64,000 bases of DNA from Heterodontus francisci (GCF_036365525.1 NC_090399.1:15313558-15377557); one strand, 5' to 3'. Shown: positions 1 to 13,145, counted from the first letter of the stretch. The notes: a model not told the origin generated them from the letters alone. Numbers and translations: made by a program.

Positions 1-2840
1 AACCTCTTGGTGTTCTCCTTGATCACCTCCCACCAGTGCACTGGAGACTCAAAGAGGGGTTTCACGGTTCCCCAACATTTGTAATCCCTTTTGAGTTCCT
101 CAATGTTCTCTGGTGTTAGCAGTGTGGCATTGAGCTTCCATGTCCCCCTGCCAACCCACTGGTCATCCTGTAAGTGACAGTCCGCCAGTAAGAGGCAGTG
201 GTCGGAGAAGAACACTGGTTTGACATTGGTGGATCTGACCGTGACAGCACAGGACACAACAGGAAGTCAATCCTGGAATGGGCAGACCTGTCCGATCTTG
301 ACCAGGTGTATCGACGCTGTGCTCCGTCTGCAGGTTTGCTGAAGACGTCGTGCAGCTTGGCATCTTTTACTGTTTCTATTAGGAATCTGAACGTCGCGTC
401 CAGTTTGCTGTCGTCACTGCCGGATCATCCAGCTGCATTGATGATGCAGTTGAAGTCACCGCCTAGGATGACCAACCCGGATGTTGCCAGCAGCAGTGGG
501 AGCTGCTGGAAAACGATCAGCTGCTCACTGCAGTGAACTGGGGCGTACTCGATGATCAACCAGAGCAGAGCATTGTTCTACATTACATCTGCTACGAGGA
601 CGTGACCGCCCACCACCTCCTTAACCTCGGAGATGATGAAGTTACCTCCCCGCAGCAGAATACCTAAGCCAGAGGAACGGGAATCATTACCCCCTGACCA
701 AATCGATGGCCCGTGGGACCACAACCTCAACCATTGTCTGTAGGTGCTGAGGTGTGGTATTTCACACTCCTGCAGAAACAGTAGGTTGGCTTTGACCTTG
801 GCGAGGTAGTCCAAGGTTGAAACACATCGCATAGTGGATTTAATGCTACACACGTTAATTGAAGCAATCCTTATACCCATTTTTAAGTTAGTTGTTGCTT
901 CCCACACCATTTGTCCTTGCTAGACCCAGTCCTTTGGTATGTTCCTGCATACGCATAGTGTACGCATGCTGTTTCACGTTTGTTGGGCTCAGAAACACCT
1001 CCTGGTTTCTCATGCAGGGTTTGTTCCACTGGGGTGACATCGGGGGTGGGGGGGGCGGTCGTGTACATAGCAAGGATTGGGCTGTCCTCTGCTGTTGTTT
1101 CCTCCTCGAGAACATCACTGCTCCCAGCTTCCCGGAGCTGGAGCACACCAGATGTGTCATTGCTCTCGGTGTCCCGGAGCAGGGATACACTGGTCATGTT
1201 GCTAGATTTGGCGCTTTGGGTTTGAGGCGTGCTGGGCCCATGACAACTTTCAGTGCCCAGGGGCTGGGAGGCTTCATCTTCCAGCTCCTTTGAGTTATTC
1301 CGCTTCTTTTGTAGGTGTGGTCATTCCGACACGTCCTTGTCCAGTGAAGAGGAGCTGCTGTAGTCTTTCTCAGACGGTAGGCTCCTCTTGCCATTGGTTT
1401 GGGTGGTGACCTGTTCCGCTTTGGGCAGATTTTTCCTTGTGGTTTTCTTTTGTGCCACTTGCCACTGACCTGTTTGCCCATCTGCTGCCTCCTCCTCCAT
1501 TGATTCTGTCTGTGCAGGAGGGGTTTCTGGGCACAGGGTATGTGTTGGGTCGCTGGTTTCAGCTGCCTTCCCTTTCTTCTCCTTCTCAGGTAGGCTTTCC
1601 TTGCTACGGAGAGGATTGCTTGCCTCCTTCCCAGCACCAGACGCATTCATTGTTCTTTCTCCTGGCCTTTCCTTGGGCCTTGCCACCTGAGCATAGCTGA
1701 GGCAACTTTTGGGGCAGGTTTTCTAGAGTTGGCCTGCCTCACCACACAGGTTGCAGCACTTACTCTGTTACACTCTTTGGTCTGATGGCCTTCCTTCCAG
1801 CAGTTCATGCAGTCGACGGTACTGCAGTTTGCTGCCATGTGACCAGATTTGCCACAGGTGCAACAAACTCTGGGCTGCTCCGCACAGACTAAGAAGCCTC
1901 GATTTCCCCTGATAGTGAAGCTGGAGGGAGGGTGGATGATGGCTGCATTGGCATCGACCTTCAAGGTCACCTTGACCTGCCACGTACTTGTCCAAATCCC
2001 AAACGAGTCCCTGACATCAGTGCTGCCGCCAGCCACCTCGATGTACCTGGCTAGCAAGGTGAGTGCATCCACGAAAGGAACATGGGGGTTGTAGCGGTGA
2101 ATTTAATTAGATTAGATTTTGATTAGAGATACAGCACTGAAACAGGCCCTTCGGCCCACCGAGTCTGTGCCGAACATCAACCACCCATTTATACTAATCC
2201 TACACTAATCCCATATTCCTACCAAACATCCCCACCTGTCCCTATATTTCCCTACCAGCTACCTATACTAGTGACAATTTATAACGGCCAATTTACCTAT
2301 CAACCTGCAAGTCCTTTTGGCTTGTGGGAGGAAACCGGAGCACCCGGAGAAAACCCACGCAGACACAGGGAGAACTTGCAAACTCCACACAGGCAGTACC
2401 CGGAATCGAACCCGGGTCCCTGGAGCTGTGAGGCTGCGGTGCTAAACACTGCGCCACTGTGTGTAATTGTCACCAGCCAATCACGTTGTGTCGGCATTGT
2501 GAAGAGTGGCTCCACTGTGAGAATGGACAGCGGCGCCTGGTTCCCCTTCTTTTTGAAGACCTTTAGGAACTTGATGAATCTAACCACGTTCTTAAATGTC
2601 ACATCGAAATATCCACTGCTGGGGAGGTCCTGCAGGCAGAAGATGTCTGCAGCTTGGAATCCAGAGCAATGGATGAGGATTCTCTTGATGAGGAAGGTAC
2701 GGTCAAATGGTACACCTACATCCTTATCCTTCACAACCACCCGAACGCTGTTACGCACTCCCTGGCCTGAAGCTCTAGAATTGGTTATAGCCATTTGCTC
2801 AAAAAGTACCCAGGACAGGATCATGGTTTCTCCCTTGCCA
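1..2840 (-). mobile_element. Tx1/L1-clade non-LTR retrotransposon, 5' part, decayed: ORF1 (ZCCHC3-like with CCHC knuckles) and start of ORF2 AP endonuclease
   Basis: ORF1 pieces MAITNSRASGQGVRNSVR...FDVTF (ATG 2794) and CTCGKSGHMAANC / CMNCWKEGHQTKEC knuckles. ORF2 begins MGIRIASINVCSIK...LFLQE (~881) with APE motifs. Stops and frameshifts present; interrupted by a SINE. Confidence 0.9.
2104..2464 (-). mobile_element. tRNA-derived SINE (shark HE1-like) inserted in Tx1 ORF1
   Basis: Minus strand starts with box A TGGCGCAGTG and box B GGTTCGATTCC. The 3' end GGGCCGAAGGGCCTGTTTCAGTGCTGT matches the CR1 tails in this window. Short AATT duplication at the flanks; removing the SINE rejoins Tx1 VTI|HRYNPHVP. 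Confidence 0.9.
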
Positions 2841-2929
2841 GGTAAGTATCATGGCTCACTTGTACCTTAACTTGCCTCGGTTCCGTAAGCTTTAATTTTC
2901 CAACATAAGAAGAATCAATTGACCCCAAT

Positions 2930-3175
2930 CCTAAGCAGCCTTTTGGTAAAGGAATGCACTTGACATCACCCCTGCACAGTCCAGCTCTAATTTTATTCTC
3001 ATGCCCCTTTTCTGGACTTTCCCACCTGAGGAAATAGTTTCTCCCTATTTACCCTTTCATCTCCTTTCATTACCTTAAACACTTCAGTTAGATCACCGCT
3101 TCACTTTCTATACTTGAGCGAATGCAAGCCTAGTCTATACAACCTATCCTGATAGTTTAACCCTTTTAACTCCGA
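2930..3175 (-). mobile_element. old CR1 3' fragment
   Basis: Degenerate similarity to the CR1 ORF2 C-terminal region seen in younger copies in the window. Confidence 0.55.
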
Positions 3176-3199
3176 TATCAATTGTTTAGAGAGGCAGTT

Positions 3200-3560
3200 G
3201 GTAACCGAAAACAGAAGCATGTGTCTTTAAGAATGATATAGTAAGCCGCTTTAGTGGAAGATGTAGAGGCCCAATAGACGGTGGTGTGATCAAACTGGAA
3301 CTCGGACTGGACGGCTACGCCAACTGCATAACAGGCAAGCTCAGGTCTGTGTCCTATAATAGAAACTGCGTGTATGAACTTGTCGCACTGCAAAATACAA
3401 CCTTCATCAAGTAGTGGCGCTGCAGCTAAGTTTCCTTGTAAGCCTGAAGAGCATCTTGGCTTTGTGCAAATCCTCTCCTTGCTTTCTAGTACAAGTCCGT
3501 GTTACGCACTTACTTTAAGCTGCTCTGTTCAGTTAATGGAGAGAGAATTTAGACCATCGT
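3200..3560 (-). pseudogene. candidate decayed leader + IgV exon
   Basis: Donor GTAAGT (3513-3508), 126-bp intron, acceptor TTTTGCAG (ends 3388), then SIIGHRPELACYAVG...FDHTTVYW and GLYIFH* in another frame. Shares the ACYxVG and GLYxFH blocks with the 4284 relic. Confidence 0.4.
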
Positions 3561-4144
3561 GCTTCTAGCATCACACAATATAACCTCAGGGCCTAGATTA
3601 TTGGCGTATAAAAATAGAAAGTGCGAGTATAGTACAGTAGATCAAACAGCAGCTGAAAATTAACCAAAAATGTTAGTGCTTACAAGTGGAACCTTTGGTC
3701 AGATCCATTAACCGAAATATCAACCCATATCTTTCTTCTAAATAATGGGTTGACGGTTCTGCATGTCCCACAATTTTCGATTTTATCACAGATTTTCTAA
3801 TATCTGCGTTTTCTCCACTTTCTTCTTTTGGAATGCTAGATTATTTGTTAATCAGTTTAATTGCATGGGAGAAGGTTTCCTCCATGTCCTTCATGATGTA
3901 AAAGTAATTCATAAAGACATTTGCGATTTTCTAACAGTAACGAACGTTCCTTTTAGTTGCATTTTTCCTGCTTCTCCATCAAATTACAACCTGTTGCTCT
4001 AAAGATCGAGTTTTAGTCATGCAGCTAGAAGTTTAAATAAATATATAAAATTTCCTTACAATCCAAAAACGAAACCTATATTCAGAAACTTGACTTTGCT
4101 GTTCAGGCCAAAAGCCAACTACTACAGTTAACCCATCTGCTAAC

Positions 4145-4560
4145 CCATCTGTTCCAGATTCTAGTTGCCTCTTCAATTGTACAAATGTAAGCAAATAATA
4201 GTGATAAAGTATATTTAATGTCTCCATTGGATATCTATCTCAAAACTGCACATGGGGCATTAATTTGGGTGTACTCTTCACAGATGTTGGTGCAACTGCA
4301 CAACTACGTTCATCTTACTGTGTCTATTCATCAGACTGGCGATGTGACTATAATATTTGCTTGTTATGGGGTTGGTGCGGGGTTATACCTATTTCACCGA
4401 GATCTGATATTTAGGTTAACCGTCACTGGAAAGAAGAGGGGATTGGAATTCGGATTCGAGAGGTGCGCCTTGCTTTATTGAGCTATGACAGCCATTGTTG
4501 TCGTCCACGTTTGTCTGGATGGCAAGTATAGAAGGGCAGCGGGTAAATGCAGTGAGGTTT
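4145..4560 (+). pseudogene. candidate decayed leader + IgV exon
   Basis: Hydrophobic LFQILVASSIVQ, donor GTAAGC at 4187, 97-bp intron, acceptor CTCTTCACAG (4283), then DVGATAQL / LTVSIHQTGDVTIIFACYGVGAGLYLFH(R)(D)...GKKRGLEF. Frameshifted, and the F strand is not clearly preserved. Confidence 0.4.
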
Positions 4561-5730
4561 TCCTTTGTAATATCGTTTCCTTTGTAAAAACAAAACCCCT
4601 CTCAGTCGAGCAAACCGTCAGCACTGGCGGAGCAGGTGTGGATGAGACAATCATGATGATGCATACCATCTGGCACACCAGAGGAATTTAAATCTTGCAA
4701 CAATCCCGTTGAAGCATTAGAAAACAGCAACTGCCTCCACACTGTTAACGTTGAATTATTGAAGCGATCAAGTCATTCAGGCTCCAACCACGGACCGCAG
4801 CGGAGATATAGATCGATTTACTAATGAGCAACTCGCAAGGAAATTATCAGGTCAAAATTCTGTTTAAAATCAGTTTAGTAACCATGGCGCAGATCATTTC
4901 GTTGACCGGATAATCTATTTGGAATTTAGATTAAACATTTGGGCAAACCAGAGTTAATCAGTAAAGATTCGTGCTGTTCCTGTGTTTTTAAGATGTTTAT
5001 ACCCACAATAGGATGTTTTGAGCACTCTCAGAGGCCTGGTTTTCGGTACAAGTCAATCCTATTTTGAAAGGAGGATATTCAACAGAACTTTAAAGTGCAG
5101 CTTGTGTTTAGACTTTTCACACAGAAGGTAATTGTTAAGTAACTACGCTGTTACTATGGTTGGGGTGGGGTGGGTGATTTAACCTGGCTTTGGAAGCACT
5201 GTCGGAATATTTCACAGGTTTACTCTTTCTAGCGAAATTTCAAAATCTCTCTGGAATAATGCAGTAAATCAGAAAAATTATCAGAGGATAATTTTGGCTC
5301 TCTGTCTACCACGTGGCGCAAAGACCGGTAGAATTATCTCCCTATACTTTTGTTAGGTAAGGGTCGAAATTAATTCTACAGGATGCTTCATATGTGGGTA
5401 TCGTAACATACTTTATATGTTAATGCCAGTTCCTCTTTCTGTTTTTCTTTCAACTGCATTACCTCTTCTGCTAAAACAGGGGGACGAGTAGTTTGGTCCG
5501 AGCGCGTTAAGTGTTCCTGTCATAATATGACAGACTGTAATTACCACGCTGTAATACCTTAAGTTTGACAGATGCAAATTTAATATTCAAAATAAACAAA
5601 GTAGATGTGACCAATTCCTTCCAAATAATACTTGAACACTGCCGAAAACCATGCACCGCTAGATTCTTATTCAACAGGGTTCCATGCCCTCAAGTTCATT
5701 ATCATCCAATCGTCATATTTGTATTCTTAC

Positions 5731-6283
5731 AAAGAACAAAGAACAAAGAACAGTACAGCACTGGAACAGGCCATTCGGCCCTCGAAGCCTGCGCCGATCT
5801 TGATGCCTGCCTAAACTAAAACCTTCTGCACTTCCGGGGTCCGTATCCCTCTATTCCCAACCTATTCATATATTTGTCTAGATGCCTCTTAAACGTCTCT
5901 ATGGTACCTGCTTCCACCACCTCCCCCGGTAACAAGTTCCAGGCACTCACCACCCTCTGTGTAAAGAACTTGCCTCGCACATCCCCTCTAAACTTTGCCC
6001 CTCGCACCTTAAACCTATGTCCCCTAGTAACTGACTCCTCCACCATGGGAAAAAGCTTCTGACTATCCACTCTGTCCATGCCGCTTATAACTTTATAAAC
6101 CTCCAGCATGTCGCCCCTCCACCTCCGTCGTTCCAGTGAAAACAATCCGAGTTTATCAAACCTCTCCTCATAGCTAATGCCCTCCAGACCAGGCAACATC
6201 CTGGTAAACCTCTCTGTACCCTCTCCAAAGCCTCCACGTCCTTCTGGTAGTGTGGCGACCAGAATTGCACGCAATATTCTAAG
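5731..6283 (-). mobile_element. young CR1 LINE 3' fragment with (GTTCTTT)n tail
   Basis: ORF 5816-6274 [16 protein letters not shown]...FFTQRVVSAWN. Closely matches 42820-43355. Confidence 0.95.
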
Positions 6284-6979
6284 TACGTTCCTTTAGACAG
6301 GAAATTTGTTCTATGGAGCTCTCTAAGCAGTTAAAATTTAATTTAAAACTACAACGTTTGGAATACAGAAACCAATCGATCGCTTTTGGAGATATTACAA
6401 GGTTATCTGCCAAATTCACTTAGTTCAATTGCGTTTCTGGATTGCTTGCGCCGTACTTCTAAAGTCCCATCATTTGTAAGAATATAATTTTCCCTTTGTA
6501 CAAAGCGAAAAAAAGTTGCTGAACTATCGTTATAAACTAATGAGAGTTCATTACAAGTATTTATCAATGAGATTTATTAGTTAGATACCTGGCTAGCTAG
6601 ATAAATAGAGCGGTAGATGAACCTCAAACCGACAGGTAGACAGAGCGACGCAGGATAGACGGAGAAATAGAATGATAGAAAGTGTAAACAATTTTATAAC
6701 TTTACATTCGCTATAATGTTCCATTTAAGTACTAATTTTAAGGGATATCAATGTTTTTAGATTGATTTCTTGTACGAACTAATCCGTACTAAAGCGCCAC
6801 CTCCAGTATATTAGTTGTTTTCTCCAGCAATGGACAATTGACGACACCACATAATGTACAATCTAAAACTAAATTGGAAGTGATTTTAAGAACCTGGTGT
6901 CTGATTTGTAGTTACTTCTTATGCGCGAAGAACAGTTCGATCTTTTCTTTTCACATCCTGTCTAAATATCTGGGTAAGG

Positions 6980-8010
6980 AATTATAACACGCTTTGTTAC
7001 TGGAAGGCTGTTTCTATTGGGGTTCTGCAGGGCTCAGTATCAGGTGCCTTACTTCTTTGATATATATCTACAATTTGAACTTGAATATAGGGGGTAGATT
7101 AAGAATTTTGCAGACGATATAAAAAATGGCCATGTGATTAATAATGAAGAAGAAAGCTGTAGACTACAGGAAGATATCAATGGACTAGTCAGGCAGAACA
7201 GTGGCAAATGGAATTCAATCTGGAGAAATGTGAGGTTATGCATGTTGGAATTGCTAACAAGGCAATTGAATATACAATAAATGGTAGGATTCTGCGAAGT
7301 GTAGAGGAGCAGAGGAACCTTGGAGTGCATGTCCACAGATCCCTGAAGGTGGCTGGACTGGTAAATAAGGTGGTCAAGAAGGCATACGGGATATTTGCCT
7401 TTATTAGCCCAGGCATAGAATATAAGAGGTTGGAGACTATGCTGGAACTGTATAAAACACTAGTTAGTACACAACCGAAGTACTGCTATAGTTTTGGTCA
7501 CTACACGACAGGAAAATGTGAATGCACCAAAGAGAGGAGATTTACGAGGATGCTGCCTCGATTGGAGAATTTTATTTATGAGGAAAGATTGGATCGGATA
7601 GGGCTGTTTTCGTTGGAACAGAGGAGGCTGAGGGGAGACCTAATCGAAGTGTATAAAATAATGGGAGGTCTAGATAGAGTGGATAGGAGAGCCCTGATCC
7701 CCTTGGTTGAGGGGTCCATATCTAGGGGGCATTGATTTAGGGCAACAGATAGGAGGTTTAGAGCGGATTCGAGGAGAAACTTTTTCATCCAGAGGGTTTT
7801 GGGGTTCTGAAACTCACTGCCTGAAAGGACGGTACAGGCACAAACTCGCATAAGATTTTAAGAAGTACTTGGATATGCACTAGAAGTGACGTAAGCTACA
7901 AGGCTACAGATCAAGAGCTGGAAAGCGAGATTCGGCTGAATGAGTACTTGCCGGCCAACGCGGACACGATGGGCCAAATGGTCCCCTTCCGTGTTGTAAA
8001 TTTCTATGTT
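6980..8010 (+). mobile_element. CR1 LINE RT/3' fragment
   Basis: FADD motif near 7107; ORF 7208-7735 MEFNLEKCEVMH...RRLRGDLIEVYKI. Confidence 0.9.
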
Positions 8011-8650
8011 GCAGTATAGAAGGAGGCGTTCTGCCCATCGTCTTTTTGCAGTCACTTTGTAAGAGAGGTGCAAATCTTATCCTACTGCCAGTTTTCTCTC
8101 CCACAGCCCTGTATATATCTGTGATTCAAATATGTATCCAATGTTCCTTCATAAGATGTTATTGCTGTTGCTTCAGCTACTTCTGGGGACAAAGCAATTG
8201 ATGCTCCAAAAACGTGTTGTGTGAAGAACTTTGCTCACCTCACTCTCTTAATGACAATTTTAAATGACTGAATCCTTCGCACTGACTCTGCAACCAGAGA
8301 AAATAGTATACTTCCTTTCCAGAATCTTTTGTTTTAAAAATCCCTATTAAATTCCCTCAGCCTTCTCTATCCCATTAGATAGAACCCCGCTTTCTCAAGC
8401 CTCTCCATATCATTATAATTTCTCCTTCATAGCATCGTGCTGGTAAGCCTAAGCTGCGGGTTCTCTCTGTATTCAATTTCTATAAGGAGATATTATAACT
8501 GTGGCCTGGTCAATGTTTTGCATAAATGTATGGGTAATTGTTTAACCTTGTGCTCTATGCCCCTCCTTATAAACTTGGAAATGCTGTTAGTTTTTTTTTT
8601 TTCCTGACTTTAGCTCCTAGCACTAGAACTTTCAGGTAATTGTACATTTC
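8010..8650 (-). mobile_element. old CR1 3' fragment
   Basis: Degenerate reverse-strand similarity to the CR1 3' region. Confidence 0.5.
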
Positions 8651-8869
8651 AATTCGAGTTGTCGATGATCATCCACATCATGGGCGTCTTTCCACTGAGT
8701 ATATGCTCCCATTCCTCAGGTTCATTTTGTTCCGTGATTTTGTTTTTGCTTTTTGGGTGTTTTCTTTTGTTTCTTAATCCTTTTACTTTGCGTCTGGACT
8801 ACTGCTATCATACCATTCACACCTCATCGAGACACATCTTTTTGCTTCTTTACTTGTCCCTTTTCTTAT

Positions 8870-9750
8870 TCTTTCATGGTATGTGAGCATCACTGGCAAG
8901 GCCAGCATTTATTGCCCGTCCCTATTTGACCTTGAGAAAGTGCCAGTGAGTTCCCTGCTTGAACCGCTGCAGTCCGTCTGGTGTAGGTACACCCACAATG
9001 CTATTAGGAAGGGAGTTCCAGGTTTTTGACCCATTGACGGTGAAGGAACGGACAGTTCCAAGTCATGATGGTGTGTGGCTTGGAGGGGAACCTGCAGGTG
9101 GTGGTGTTCCCATACATCTGCAGCCCTTGTTCTTCTAGGTGGTAGAGGTTACGGGTTTGGAAGGTGCTGTCGAAGAACTCTTGGCACGGTGCTGCAGTGC
9201 ATCTTGTAGATGGTGCACACTGCTGCCACTGTGTGTCAGTGGTGCAGGCAGTGAATGTTTGTGGATGGGGTGCCAATCAAGTGAGCTGCTTTGTCCTAGA
9301 TGGTGTCGTGCTTCTTGAGTGTTGTTGGAGCTGCACTCATCCAGACAAGTGGAGATATTCCTGACTTGTGCCTTGTGGACAGACTTTGGGAGTCAGGAAG
9401 TGAGTTACTCGCCACAGAATTCCCAACCTCTGACCTGCTCCTGTAGCTATAGTATTTATGTGGCTGGTCCTGTTAAGTTTCTTGTCAATGGTAACCCCGA
9501 GAATGTTGATACTGGGGGATTCAGCGATCATAATGTAAGTTTTCAGGTAGATGTTACCGAAATAGAGGTGATACTTGCAGTAATACCGTTGAATATCAAG
9601 GAAAGATAGTTAGATTCTCTCTTGTTGGAGATGGTCATTGCCTGGCACTTATGTGGGGCGAATGCTACTTACCACTTATCAGCCCAAGCCTGAATGTTGC
9701 CCAGATTTTGTTGCATGTGGACACGGACTGTTTCAGTATCTGCGGAGTCA
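8870..9750 (-). mobile_element. LINE family B (APE-RT non-LTR element) 3' fragment
   Basis: IAESPSINILGVTIDKKLN and the 3' tail GGGCAATAAATGCTGGCC shared with the 35-38 kb copy. Confidence 0.9.
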
Positions 9751-9759
9751 CTGAACACT

Positions 9760-10030
9760 CTATTTGGCGTTGTACCATGAATCCTTTTGTCATTAATCTC
9801 TCCTGTCCTCCACCCTATCACAGGCCTTCACTTTTTCCCTCCCACCCTCCCCATTTTCACTTGCTCACAACCTTTTACATTGCTAACTTTTCTCAATTCT
9901 AATGAAATGTCACAAACCTGAAATGTTAGCTTTGTTTCTTTTTCCACAGATGCTGCCTGACCAGATGAGTAGTTCAGGCAATTTTCTGTTTTTATTTCAG
10001 ATTTCCAGCATCCACAGTATTTTGCCTTTG
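9760..10030 (+). mobile_element. Penelope-like terminal repeat remnant
   Basis: CACAGATGCTGCCTGACC...TTCAGATTTCCAGCATC motif, recognised from memory as a common elasmobranch Penelope-associated end. Confidence 0.55.
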
Positions 10031-10394
10031 TTCCTATTCCTTTTTTTTCCCCTTCAAAAATAGTTTTCCTCATGCATCCACATCGTTACGCCTTCCACTT
10101 GGTTGCCCCTTCTGACAAGCTATCTGTGACCTCCTTTACATTACTCCACACTGTTATGTCATCAGCAAATTTCGAGATTTTGAGTAACACGTACATTTTT
10201 GATGTTTACTTACTTTTAGCTGGATTTATGATTGATTTATTGCAACAACGGATACTAGACTACCTGGGCTACATGGCTTATCTAGATTTCCTAGCATCAA
10301 CGAAAGTGTTAAATTAGCAACTCTCAACCAAAAGGTACTATTTAGATATTTCACATGGATTTAGAAATATGACAGGAACTTCTGCCGTCTTCTC

Positions 10395-11200
10395 TTTGAC
10401 TAATTACTAAATCCCAGGGACCCATGTTCGCTGTTCTAATACACTCCCATCACCATGTCCCCCACATGCACCACCACCACCAAATCAATTCCTTTTCTAT
10501 AGCTAGTTCTGGGCAATTTCTCCATATCGTCCTCGAGTACATTTCTGTTCTTGTTTCCACCACTGATGCCGTTCAGTAAAGAGAACCTATCACGTCCACC
10601 AGGTCTGGTCTACATCTGATTGCAATTCCACAAAAGAGTCGTTTTCTCTTCGTGCTCTCTGATATGCAGTATCGGGGCCATTGTGTTGTAGAGCAGATAT
10701 AACAGAACAATGAAGACAAACATGAAATAACCCATCGGCAATGCACCACACATTGGATCAGAATAGCATTCAGCTATCCCAGTCCATGCAATCTCCTAAA
10801 ATCTTCTTCATCAATATTACAGAACTCGTGACATTGACGGACTCTCACAAGCATGTCCTTCAGCCAACATCCCTGGGTATGTTCCGATTAACAGAGCTGG
10901 GGTCACAATAGTATCAATTTGTGTGGTGGTGGCCTGGGATACTTCGGGGTTGACTCTGGACCCCACAAGAGGTTTCATGGTTTCAGGCGAAGCAAGGGCA
11001 CCTGCTGATTACCACAGACCACCTTTAAATTGGCAACTAGCTACTCCTTCACATGGGAAACAATTTTTCAGAAGCACTGTGGAAAACAAGAGCACAGAAT
11101 GAACTAGGTTGGGACTTTAGTATCCACTAGCAACAGTGGTTCAGTAGTTATACACTATTTCAGCTAACCATGTGTGGAAGGGCACAGCTACCAGATTGGG
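10395..11200 (+). mobile_element. old LINE family B 5' part (5' UTR and AP endonuclease)
   Basis: 10560-10665 aligns by eye to the 5' UTR of the 35-38 kb copy (GGTCTGGTCTACAT vs GGTCTGGCCTACAT) and is followed by degenerate APE sequence. Confidence 0.6.
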
Positions 11201-11249
11201 CCTCGCCCTCCTTGTCTCGTTTTCTGTAAATTAAATGTGCAATATGGGG

Positions 11250-11960
11250 CCTTCAAGGGATATAGCTCGGACACAAACTGAACACATTCCAATAAGGGGG
11301 AAGGGAGGATATCCAAAGCTATAGTTGCCTGGATGACCAAAGATATTGAGATTAAAATAAAACAGAATAAGGAAGCCTATGATAAATGTTCATAATATAG
11401 AGAGTCAAACAAAATACCGAAAATGCGAGGAGAACAGTAAGAGGACAAAGAGTGTGCATGAAAGTAGATGGGCAGATAAAATAAAAGGGAGTACTAAATC
11501 TTATAGAAAGAATCAATTAGTAAAATGATATTCAATGGGAGGATTGGGTCAATTAGGGACCAATAGGAGATATTCCTGTGGAGGCAGTGGGTTTCGCTGA
11601 GGTCCTCAATGACTACTTTGCATATGTCTTCACAAAAGAGAGGTTGATGCCTATGTCACACTAAAGCGGAGGGATGTGCAATAATTGGCAGAATAAAACA
11701 GATAAAGAGGACGTACTTCAAAGGTGAGCAGTGCTAAAGCAGAAAAATCACCTGGCCCGGATGGGATGTATTCAAGGCTCTGAGATTGTTGGATTTATAA
11801 ATGGAGACATATAGAACAAAAGAACGGAAGTTACACAAAAGCTTTACAAATTGCTGCTTAGGCCTACATTAGAGTATTGCATCAAATTCTGCGCACCACA
11901 CTTTCGGAAGGACGACACGGACTTGTAGAGGGTGCAGAGGAGATTTCCCTGAACGCTGCC
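11250..11960 (+). mobile_element. old CR1 ORF2 fragments
   Basis: Degenerate PW-T-DI, KSPGPDG and RPTLEYC segments. Confidence 0.7.
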
Positions 11961-11969
11961 AATGCATTT

Positions 11970-13145
11970 TGTATGGATTCATGGGATGTGGGTGGTGCTG
12001 GCGAGGCCAGCATTTATTGCCCAACCCTAAATGCCCTTGAGAAGGTGGTGGTGAGCTGCCTTCTTGAACCGCTGCAGTCCATTGGAGGTAGGTACACCCA
12101 CAGTGCTGTTAGGAAGGGATTTCCAGGATTTTGACCCAGCGACAGTGAAGTAACGGCGATATAGTTCCAAGTAAGGATGGTGTGTGACTTGGAGGGTAAC
12201 TTGCAGGTGGTGGTGTCCCCATGCATTTGTTGGTCTTGTCTTTCTAATTTGTAGAGGTCGCGGGTTTGGAAGGTGTTGTCTAAGGAGCCTTGGTGCATTG
12301 CTGCTGTGCATCTTGTAGATGGTACACACTGCTGCCACTGTGCGTCTGTGGTGCAGGGAGTGAATGATTGTAGATGGGGTGCCAATCAAGCGGGCTGCTT
12401 TGTCCTGGATGATTTCGAGCTTCTTGAGTGTTGTTGGAGCTGCACCCATCCAGGCAAGTAGAGAGTATTCCATCACAATCCTGACCTATGCCTTGTAGAT
12501 GCTGGACAGGCTTTGGGCAGTCAGGGGGTGAGTTACTCACCGCAGGATTCCTAACCTCTGACCTGCTCTTGTAGCCACCGTATTTATATGGCTACTCCAG
12601 TTCAGTTTCTGGTCAATGGTAGCCCCTATGCATTTGATAGTGGGGGATTCAGCGATGGTAATGCCATTGAATGTCAAGGGGAGATAGTTAGATTCTCTCT
12701 TGTTGGAGATGGTCATTGCCTGACACTTGTGTCGCACGAATGTTACTTGTTACTTCACAGCCCAAGCCTGGCAATTGTCCAGGTCTTGCTGCATTTCTAC
12801 ACGGATTGCTTCAGTATCTGAGGAGTCACAAATGGTGCTGAACATTGTGCAATCATCAGCGAACATCCCCACTTCTGACCTTATGATTGAAGGAAGATCA
12901 TTGATGAAGCAGCTGAAGATCGTTGGGCCTAGGACACTACTCTGAGGAACTCCTGCATTATTGTCCTGGAGCTCAGATGATTGACCTCCAACAACCACAA
13001 CCATCTTCCTTTGCACTAGCTATGACTCCAATCAGTGGAGGGTTTTCCCCCTGATTCCCATTGACTTCAGTTTTGCTGGGGCGCATTGATGCCATATTCA
13101 GTCAAATTCTGCCGTGATGTCAAGGGCAGTCACTCTCGCTTCATT
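11970..13145 (-). mobile_element. LINE family B RT/3' fragment
   Basis: ORFs 12750-13016 (GVPQ.SVLGP, MFADD) and 12027-12476. Confidence 0.92.

Noticed and set aside
4548-4598. RSS-like TGCAGTG ... ACAAAACCC after the + strand V relic
   Set aside because: The heptamer lacks the essential CAC and the spacer is 35 bp, not 12 or 23.
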